A stretch of 38,930 bases of DNA from a virus. This document shows positions 16,501-22,667 of the stretch, piece after piece (within the stretch, counting starts at the first letter, position 1; every line of letters begins with the position of its first letter). Location of the stretch: positions 1 through 38,930 of IMG/VR virus record IMGVR_UViG_3300031825_000045, one strand, 5' to 3'. A program made the position numbers and the translations under genes. The notes below the pieces were generated by a model. It searched no databases. It saw only the letters and a list, made by a program, of their open reading frames with translations, and was not told the origin of the DNA.

Positions 16501-16554
16501 GAAATCCCCTCATCTTGTGGCGTCGGCGAGGCGAGCCGCTACCGGTAGGGCTAT

Positions 16555-16583
16555 TTCATATAACCAATCTGGTTAAAGATCAA
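16555..16583 (-). promoter_or_regulatory. Leftward early promoter with embedded operator
   Basis: The minus strand reads TTGATC (16583-16578), then 17 nt, then TATGAA (16560-16555). The spacer contains the palindrome TAACCAATCTGGTTA (16561-16575). Confidence 0.5.
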
Positions 16584-16644
16584 CCCCGTGATTTATCCAG
16601 AACAGAAATTGGGCGAGATCACCTTTCCGGTGAGTGTGCGGGCT

Positions 16645-17418
16645 ATGACCCGCCCGCCGAAAAAGCCTTCGCCGCCCGCGCCGCCGCGCCCTCCGGCCGC
16701 GCCGACGCCGCTGCTGCGCCTGCGGAAGCGGCGCGGCCTGTCGCTCGCCCAGGTGGCGCAGGGGGCGGAGACGAGCGCGATCCAGGTCCAGCGACTGGAG
16801 ACGCGCCAGCGCAAGATGACGCCGGAATGGGCCGAGCGACTCGCACGCGCGCTCGAATGCGATCCGATCGAGCTGATGGGCGGCGGCCCGACCCTCGAGC
16901 TGGTTCATTACGTGCGCGCGGCCGGCGCGGACGCCGGAGGCGCCGTCGCGCTCGGCGAACGCATCGCCGCGCCGCCGATCCTGACCGACGCCGGATCGTG
17001 CGAAGCGGCGCAGGTCGTCGACGACAGCGCCGACCGGCTTTATCCCGTCCATTCGCTGCTTTTCGTGCGTCCGCTCGACGCTCTGGCGCGGCCGCTGCGC
17101 GCGGGCGACAAGGTGCTGGTGCGCGCGGTCGACACCACCTTGGGCGAGCACGCGCGGGGCGAGGGCCGCGTCACCGACGTGCTGGTCGGCATCCTCGACC
17201 GCTCGATCGCCGGCGACGTCACCGTGGCGACGCGCTCCAACAACCGCCGCGTGCCGGCGGTGGTGGTGGTCAAGCGCGAGGCCGGGCGCGGCGTCAGCGA
17301 GCGCACGGCGCAGTACCGCGCCGCGTTGGACGCGCTGGCCGAGGTGCCCTACCGCGCCGGCGCCGACGACACCGCAGAGATCGTCGGCGTCGTCGTGATG
17401 GCGATCACGCCGGAATGA
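16645..17418 (+). CDS. CI/LexA-type repressor (XRE HTH plus S24-like C-terminal domain)
   Basis: HTH LRKRRGLSLAQVAQGAETSAIQVQRLETRQRKMTPEWAERLARAL. The C-terminal DDSADRLYP...VVVVKRE resembles a Ser/Lys dyad. An alternative upstream start lies at 16588. Confidence 0.75.
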   Translation: MTRPPKKPSPPAPPRPPAAPTPLLRLRKRRGLSLAQVAQGAETSAIQVQRLETRQRKMTPEWAERLARALECDPIELMGGGPTLELVHYVRAAGADAGGAVALGERIAAPPILTDAGSCEAAQVVDDSADRLYPVHSLLFVRPLDALARPLRAGDKVLVRAVDTTLGEHARGEGRVTDVLVGILDRSIAGDVTVATRSNNRRVPAVVVVKREAGRGVSERTAQYRAALDALAEVPYRAGADDTAEIVGVVVMAITPE

Positions 17419-17493
17419 GCCGAGCGCTCCGGGAGCGCGTGACCGGAACGGGTAAGGCTCCGCTCCGGCCGTAGCCACAACGGCTACACAGAT

Positions 17494-17522
17494 TTGACAC
17501 GGCATAACCAATTCGGTTACAG
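17494..17522 (+). promoter_or_regulatory. Rightward promoter with second operator copy
   Basis: TTGACA (17494-17499), then 17 nt, then TTACAG (17517-17522). The operator TAACCAATTCGGTTA (17505-17519) overlaps the spacer and the -10 element. Confidence 0.45.
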
Positions 17523-17562
17523 TCGCGCCTCGTTGGCCCCTTCCGGGCCGAGGGAGGCGAGA

Positions 17563-17784
17563 GTGAGCCGTAACCATTACTTCGTGCCGATGTACACGAT
17601 GACGGTGCGCGCCGACGGCACGCGCCGCGAGGACTACGTGGCGGTCGACACCTTCGACAACCGCGACGTGGCGCATTTCCCGACCCGCGAGGCGGCGCGC
17701 GCGAAGGCCGACGAGCTTAACGGCGACGCGTTCATCGAGGCGCAGAAGTCCGGTGTCGCCACCGGCTTCGCGGCGCACCGATGA
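17563..17784 (+). CDS. Hypothetical protein, 73 aa
   Basis: GTG start 5 nt after GGGAGG. First gene of the overlap-coupled rightward operon. Confidence 0.55.
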   Translation: MSRNHYFVPMYTMTVRADGTRREDYVAVDTFDNRDVAHFPTREAARAKADELNGDAFIEAQKSGVATGFAAHR

Positions 17785-17924
17785 TCCCCGCGCGCAAGAC
17801 CGGCCGCTTCCGCCGCTGGCTGACGTGGCTCGCCAACGCCTGGGGCCGCGACGCCCGCATCGCCGGTTACTCGCGGCTCGGCGTCCATATGGCGGCGAGC
17901 ACGCCGTCGCGGAGGCTAGCGTGA
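17781..17924 (+). CDS. Small ORF, 47 aa (not in the supplied ORF track)
   Basis: MIPARKTGRFRRWLTWLANAWGRDARIAGYSRLGVHMAASTPSRRLA. ATGA overlap upstream and TGATG overlap downstream. High GC3. Confidence 0.55.
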   Translation: MIPARKTGRFRRWLTWLANAWGRDARIAGYSRLGVHMAASTPSRRLA

Positions 17925-18304
17925 TGACGGCGCGGGCGCGCGCGGCGGCGCCGTTCCTCGCCGGGCTGGCGGCCGTCGCGCTGCTGGCGGCGTGCGCCGC
18001 CCCCGAGCGGCCGCGCCCGCTCGCCGGGCTGACCGTCACCGTCAGGGTGATGCCGCCGGAGTGGATCGCCGCCGCGGCGGCGAAGCCCGGCAGCCGCGTC
18101 GGCAGCCGCAACGCGGCCGCGTTCTTCGACTACGACACCTGCACCGCCTATCTTCCGGCGGGCACGACCCAGGCGGCGTTCGTCGCCTATCTCGCCCACG
18201 AGATCGGCCGCCACGCCCTCGGCGAGCAGCACGACGGCGACGGGCGCTGGCTCGACGCGCCGCCCGCGCTCGCCGACGCGATGCAGCGGCTGTGCGTGCG
18301 ATGA
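17924..18304 (+). CDS. Putative lipoprotein, 126 aa
   Basis: Signal peptide with lipobox, MTARARAAAPFLAGLAAVALLAAC. RBS GGAGG lies upstream. It also contains AHEIGRHALGEQH. Confidence 0.7.
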   Translation: MTARARAAAPFLAGLAAVALLAACAAPERPRPLAGLTVTVRVMPPEWIAAAAAKPGSRVGSRNAAAFFDYDTCTAYLPAGTTQAAFVAYLAHEIGRHALGEQHDGDGRWLDAPPALADAMQRLCVR

Positions 18305-18585
18305 CGGACTACCAGCCCGCGCGACCGGCGCTGACCGCCGCCCAGGTGGCGATCGAGCTCGGCCACGACGTCGAATGGTTCTACGCCAACCGCGCCGCGC
18401 TCGAGGCCGAGCACGGCTTCCCCAAGCCGCTCGCCGGCTGCGGCAACCGGTGGGACATCCGCGCGATCGACGCGTGGAAGGACGCGCAGCTCCCGGCGTC
18501 GGCGCGGATGACGACGGACCCGGCGGTGCTCGACTTCGGCGCCGGGCTCAAGGCGCGGGCGAAGAAACTGGCGGGGAAGGCATGA
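18301..18585 (+). CDS. AlpA/excisionase-like small DNA-binding protein, 94 aa
   Basis: LTAAQVAIELGHDVEWFYANRAALEAEHGFPKPL...RWDIRAIDAWK resembles a winged-helix Xis/AlpA pattern. It lies upstream of int. Confidence 0.55.
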   Translation: MTDYQPARPALTAAQVAIELGHDVEWFYANRAALEAEHGFPKPLAGCGNRWDIRAIDAWKDAQLPASARMTTDPAVLDFGAGLKARAKKLAGKA

Positions 18586-19007
18586 GCGTCGCGCACGTGA
18601 GGATCTCGATCAACGCCGCCGCGAAGTCGATCGCGCGGATCGAGGCGCGGGCGCGCCAATGGGACCCGGCGTCGCGACGCACGGCGCTGCTCAAGGCCCA
18701 CGCCGCGCGCGAGCGGGCGCGGCTCGAGGAGCTCCTGCGGCTGCTGCCGGAATCCGAGCGCCAGCAGCGCGAGCGGCTGCAGCCGCTCGCCGACCGGGCC
18801 TACATGACCAAGATGGTCGCCGGACGGATCGAGGTCTACGACGCCCGCCACGCTTTCCTCGCCGCCGTCGCCGCCGCCGATCAGGCCGCGTTCCGCGCGC
18901 TGCTCGCCGAGCGGGGAAAGGTCGTTGAGGGCCGCCACCCGGCGTACACCGGCGGCATGAGCCGCGCGCCGGGGCTTGCGCTGTGGTGGCGGACGGGAGA
19001 GGATTGA
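18582..19007 (+). CDS. Hypothetical protein, 141 aa
   Basis: ATGA overlap upstream and TGATG overlap downstream. Helical, with Arg/Ala/Glu-rich composition. Confidence 0.6.
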   Translation: MSVAHVRISINAAAKSIARIEARARQWDPASRRTALLKAHAARERARLEELLRLLPESERQQRERLQPLADRAYMTKMVAGRIEVYDARHAFLAAVAAADQAAFRALLAERGKVVEGRHPAYTGGMSRAPGLALWWRTGED

Positions 19008-19252
19008 TGGAACGGCGAACCGCTAAGGGTATCGAGTCCGTCGAGATGCGGGACATCCGAAAGGGTGACGTCTTTCGATGCGTAGAAGGTGGCCCGGGTC
19101 CGTGGCTCGTCGCCAAGGAAAACGCGCACAAACGCTGGCGCACGAACCGCACCACAGGAAAGAAGATGGAAGTCTGGGGCTGCGATGTCGATGTCGCGCT
19201 CACCAAGCGGGAACGGGCGCGCCTTGCGGAGCTACCGGAGATTCCATTCTGA
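19007..19252 (+). CDS. Hypothetical protein, 81 aa
   Basis: RBS GGGAGAGG upstream. Locally lower GC. Its stop overlaps the int start. Confidence 0.55.
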   Translation: MERRTAKGIESVEMRDIRKGDVFRCVEGGPGPWLVAKENAHKRWRTNRTTGKKMEVWGCDVDVALTKRERARLAELPEIPF

Positions 19253-20475
19253 TGCCGCGAAATAAAATCCGTTACTTCGTCGTCAAACAGGGCGCGGGCG
19301 GCACCGAGCTCTTCTACTGGCAGCCCAACAAGGAGCTGCGCGACAAGGGCTGGCCGCCGGTGCGGCTGCCGTCCGAACGCGCCGCCGCCGAGGCCAAGGC
19401 CGAGGCGCTCAACGCCGAACTCGACGCCTGGCGCGCGGGCGAGATGGCGAAGGCGCCACAGGTCAAGGCCGGCACCGTCACCGCGATGATCCACGCCTAT
19501 CTCGCCGGCCACGAGTTCCGCGACCTGCGCGACTCCACCCGCCGCGTCTACCGCCAGGCGCTCAAGCTGATCGAGACCTGGGCCGAGGACACGCCGGTCG
19601 GCCGCGTCGCCACCAACGACTTGCGGCAGTTCTACGAGGAGCTCTACTGGAAGGACCCCGAGGCGGATCCGCGCGTGCTCAACACGCCGGCGCAGGCGAA
19701 CACTATGGTGCGCACCGCGCGGCTCTTGTGGAAGTGGGGCATCGCCCACGGCTACGCCCACGCCAATCCGGGCCGCGACATCACCATCCGCGACGCGCGC
19801 GAGCCCGCCGTCGTCTGGCCGGCGGCGGCGGTGAAGCATTTCGTGCGCACGGCCGACGAGCTGGGCTGGTTCTCGGTCGGCACCGCGGTGATGCTCAACG
19901 AGTGGGCCGGGCAACGCCAGGCCGACATCCTGATGCTGCCGAAGGCGCGGTTCCGCAACGGCGCGCTGGCGGTGACGCAGCGCAAGACCGGCGCGCGGGT
20001 GCTGCTGCCGATCCACCTCGTGCCGGAGCTGATGACGCGCCTCGAGCAGGAGGCGGCGCGCAACAGCACGCGCGCCGACGGCGACAACCTCGCGGCGACC
20101 ACGCTGCTCGTCTGCGAGGCGACCGGCAAGCCGTGGAACCAGCACTACTTCCGTCAGGTGTTCGGCGCGATCCGCGCGGCCGCGGCCAAGGGCGACGCCG
20201 CGCGCGGCGTCGGCGGCGTGCCGTTCTTCAAGCACGACGAGGGCCTCGACATCGACGACGAGGGTGTGCGCATGATGGACCTCGACTTCATGCATCTGCG
20301 CCACACCGCGGTGTCGCGCAACGCGATCGCCGGCAGCACCACCGAGCAGATCGCCTCGATCACCGGCCACAGCCTCGCCCAGATCGAGCACATCCTCGAG
20401 CGCTACTTCGTGCGCTCGACGAAGCTGGCCGAGGGCGCGTTCAAGAAGCGCATCAAGGCGGAGCGCGGAGAGTGA
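19252..20475 (+). CDS. int: Tyrosine recombinase / phage integrase
   Basis: 407 aa. The C-terminal HLRHTAVS...ITGHS...ILERY pattern fits the R..H-x-x-R..H..Y catalytic signature. An attP-like tRNA fragment lies 360 nt downstream. Confidence 0.88.
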   Translation: MPRNKIRYFVVKQGAGGTELFYWQPNKELRDKGWPPVRLPSERAAAEAKAEALNAELDAWRAGEMAKAPQVKAGTVTAMIHAYLAGHEFRDLRDSTRRVYRQALKLIETWAEDTPVGRVATNDLRQFYEELYWKDPEADPRVLNTPAQANTMVRTARLLWKWGIAHGYAHANPGRDITIRDAREPAVVWPAAAVKHFVRTADELGWFSVGTAVMLNEWAGQRQADILMLPKARFRNGALAVTQRKTGARVLLPIHLVPELMTRLEQEAARNSTRADGDNLAATTLLVCEATGKPWNQHYFRQVFGAIRAAAAKGDAARGVGGVPFFKHDEGLDIDDEGVRMMDLDFMHLRHTAVSRNAIAGSTTEQIASITGHSLAQIEHILERYFVRSTKLAEGAFKKRIKAERGE

Positions 20476-20756
20476 GGGCGCGCATCGAAGACCTGCCGCG
20501 CTGGGAATGGACGGTGACCTACGTGTCGCGCCGCGGGCGCACCTGTGTCGGCGTTGGCGGCTGCCACGCACCGGATATCGCGACCGCGCGCGAGCTCGCC
20601 GAGGCAACCGCCCGCCGGGACTACGACCTTGCGCGGCTGCTGACCGTCAGCGTCGCACCGTTTCAGGCGCGGAGCATCGGGCACACGTTCGTGTCGGCTG
20701 ACGAATTCGACGATATGATGGCCGGGAGCGCGAAACTCGGGCCACGCATCGTCTAG
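20472..20756 (+). CDS. Hypothetical protein, 94 aa, between int and attP
   Basis: GTG start overlaps the int stop as GTGA. GC3 is compatible with coding. Confidence 0.5.
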   Translation: MRARIEDLPRWEWTVTYVSRRGRTCVGVGGCHAPDIATARELAEATARRDYDLARLLTVSVAPFQARSIGHTFVSADEFDDMMAGSAKLGPRIV

Positions 20757-20765
20757 TCGGAAGAA

Positions 20766-20960
20766 AGTTGGAACGGAGTTGGAATTCCCGCTTTGTTCCG
20801 TCGCTCCGCATCCGGTCTAACTCGTTGATGCGTAAGCTGGTGCCCCTGGCCGGAATCGAACCAGCACGCCCTTGCGGGCAACAGATTTTGAGTTCGCGCC
20901 CAAGTGGGCCGGATCAACGGCCGTTCCAACTCCCCCGCCGCCTTCTCCCGCCTTCTCCCG
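20766..20960. other. attP region: tRNA-derived core flanked by short repeats
   Basis: AGTTGGAA occurs at 20766-20773 and 20777-20784, with an inverted copy at 20924-20931. An exact tandem CCTTCTCCCG x2 lies at 20941-20960. Confidence 0.6.
20838..20892 (-). other. 3-prime half of tRNA-Leu(CAA), not a complete tRNA gene (putative attP core)
   Basis: The minus strand reads CTCAAAA (anticodon loop, CAA), TCTGT, the long variable arm TGCCCGCAAGGGCGT, the T arm GCTGG-TTCGATT-CCGGC, then CAGGGGC-A-CCA. No matching 5-prime acceptor or D arm lies upstream. Confidence 0.75.
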
Positions 20961-21135
20961 GAATCCGCCGATGGTTTCCGCGGCGAAAGTCATCCGCCGC
21001 ATTTGAGGGAAACACCGCTCACGCGCCCGTGATCCGCGCGGCGCGCGGTGCTAGGCTGTGCGTTTATCGCGGCAAAAAAACGACCGTTCGAGCCGTCCGT
21101 CAGAGGCGGGAAGCGGCACCAGCACAGGGTGCCCC

Positions 21136-21321
21136 ATGTCGACGTCCGATCCACCGCAACCTCCGCCCGACGGCCTCGACGAGGCCGTCGACCGGATCCC
21201 CGCCGCCGAGCTGATCGACGCCGCGGCGGCGTGCCTCGCCCTCGCCCGCCGCGCCGACGGCGGCAAGCGCGCCAAGGCGATCGCCGCCGCGCGGCGCTGC
21301 CTGGAGCGGCTCCTGGCGTGA
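21136..21321 (+). CDS. Small hypothetical protein, 61 aa
   Basis: High GC3. It is convergent with the holin gene, with stops 4 nt apart. It is an isolated plus-strand gene next to attP. Confidence 0.45.
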   Translation: MSTSDPPQPPPDGLDEAVDRIPAAELIDAAAACLALARRADGGKRAKAIAAARRCLERLLA

Positions 21322-21325
21322 GCGC

Positions 21326-21748
21326 CTAGCGGCCGGGATCGTCCGCGCCGCGCCACTTGTCGAACGAGCGCGCGCCGGTGTAGCCGAGGTAGCCGGCGCC
21401 GAACAGCCACCACAGGCTGTCGGGGATCGCGGCGAGCAGCTTGGCGATGTTGTCGGCCGCCTGCGCCACCTGGGCCGGGAACCAGATGCCGATGATGCCG
21501 CCGGAGAACGCCAGCAGGATGACGCCGTACATGATGTAGAGGAAGGTCGGCCGGGCGCGGCTGGTCCACGGGTCGGCCGACGCGCCCTCGGTGATGATGG
21601 CCGACAGCGACGTCTTCATCTCGTCGAGCGCGCCGGCCTGCTGCTGCTTCATCAGCTCGAGCTTGGCCGCGTCGCGCTGCGCCGGGTCGGGGATGACCTT
21701 GTCGATGATCTTGAGCCCCACGCCGACGATGTCGTCGATCCCGAACAT
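21326..21748 (-). CDS. Holin, three-TM type (GTA-release holin-like)
   Basis: The N-terminal DPAQRDAAKLELMKQQQ segment is followed by hydrophobic segments (PTFLYIMYGVILLAFSGGIIGIWF, LWWLFGAGYLGY). It lies directly after the endolysin gene. Confidence 0.7.
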   Translation of the reverse strand: MFGIDDIVGVGLKIIDKVIPDPAQRDAAKLELMKQQQAGALDEMKTSLSAIITEGASADPWTSRARPTFLYIMYGVILLAFSGGIIGIWFPAQVAQAADNIAKLLAAIPDSLWWLFGAGYLGYTGARSFDKWRGADDPGR

Positions 21749-22162
21749 CTAACCCTCCTCGATCAGGGCCGCGACGCGGTGCGCGCGCGAGCCGACCTGC
21801 TGCGCCCATCGGCTGTCGAGCGCCTGGCGCGCGGCCTCGGCCCAGTCGCCCGCCTGCAGCGCCGCCAGCATGCGGCGGAACTCCAGCAGCTTCGGCACGC
21901 CCATGAAGCCCATGTTGACCAGCGCCCGCTGGCGCGCCTCCGACAGCCCGGCCCACCACGGCAGCGCGCGGCCGAGCTGGGCCGCGACCGCGTCGATGTC
22001 GTTGCCGAGCAGGATCCGCGCCTCCGATTCCGAGACGCCGACGTCGGTCAGGTTGCGGCCGACGCCGATGGTCAGCCTGCCGACGGTGTCGACGTAGGGC
22101 TTGAGCCGCAGCCCTTCGTCGCGGATCAGATCGGCCTCGAGCAGGCGGCGGTCGAACGCCAT
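21749..22162 (-). CDS. Endolysin, T4-lysozyme-like (GH24)
   Basis: LIRDEGLRLKPYVDTVGRLTIGVGRNL fits the catalytic-region pattern E-x8-D-x5-T. Confidence 0.85.
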   Translation of the reverse strand: MAFDRRLLEADLIRDEGLRLKPYVDTVGRLTIGVGRNLTDVGVSESEARILLGNDIDAVAAQLGRALPWWAGLSEARQRALVNMGFMGVPKLLEFRRMLAALQAGDWAEAARQALDSRWAQQVGSRAHRVAALIEEG

Positions 22163-22377
22163 CACACCCACCCTATGGCGCGGCAGAACAGGTAGGCGGT
22201 CACCGCCAGCAAGGTGGTCAGGAGCAGCAGCACCGCCGCGGCGAGCAGCTTCTTGATGTCCTTGTGGAAGTCGCGGATCTCCCCCATGCGCTCCTCGCAG
22301 CGCTTCTCGTGGGTCGTCTGGCGGATGAGCGCTTCCTTTGCCATGCTCCGGGCCTCGTGGTCGATTGTCTCCATCAC
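22162..22377 (-). CDS. Small C-terminally anchored membrane protein, 71 aa (lysis cassette; possible holin partner or antiholin)
   Basis: A charged N-terminal half is followed by LLAAAVLLLLTTLLAVTAYLF. Its stop overlaps the endolysin start. Confidence 0.6.
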   Translation of the reverse strand: MMETIDHEARSMAKEALIRQTTHEKRCEERMGEIRDFHKDIKKLLAAAVLLLLTTLLAVTAYLFCRAIGWV

Positions 22378-22453
22378 GCCCCCACCCCGTTAACCTTTGC
22401 GGGATATCCTTTTGTCGCCATGCTCACCTCTAGCCAGGTGGGTTGTGGAAGTG

Positions 22454-22483
22454 CCCCGGGCGTCGTTTGCGCGGCGCCCGGGG
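22454..22483. other. 9-bp GC hairpin in the intergenic region upstream of the lysis cassette
   Basis: ccccgggcg (22454-22462) pairs with cgcccgggg (22475-22483) around a 12-nt loop. There is no U tract on either strand. Confidence 0.3.
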
Positions 22484-22540
22484 TGCGCCGGTCACGGAAA
22501 TCCTGCTATCGTCCCGCACGGCCACCCACGAGAGGATGCC

Positions 22541-22663
22541 ATGCTGATCGCGAACGACCATGACGAGCCCGACAACCCGGACGGCTGGAAGTCGCCGGGC
22601 CTCGCGATCCTGATCGCCTGCGTTCTCGTCTGGTGCGGGCTCGCGTTCCTCATCTTCCGCTGA
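22541..22663 (+). CDS. Small membrane ORF, 40 aa
   Basis: MLIANDHDEPDNPDGWKSPGLAILIACVLVWCGLAFLIFR. RBS GAGAGGA upstream and high GC3. It is convergent with the fibre gene, with stops 4 nt apart. Confidence 0.45.
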   Translation: MLIANDHDEPDNPDGWKSPGLAILIACVLVWCGLAFLIFR

Positions 22664-22667
22664 TCCA

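Noticed and set aside
17924-18304. Zinc metalloprotease call for the lipoprotein
   Set aside because: The motif is HEIGRH (HExxxH), one residue longer than the zincin HExxH. This is insufficient on its own.
20838-20925. Complete phage-encoded tRNA-Leu gene
   Set aside because: Only the segment from the anticodon loop to CCA is tRNA-like. The upstream sequence offers no GCCCCTG acceptor strand or D arm. It is better explained as an attP core.
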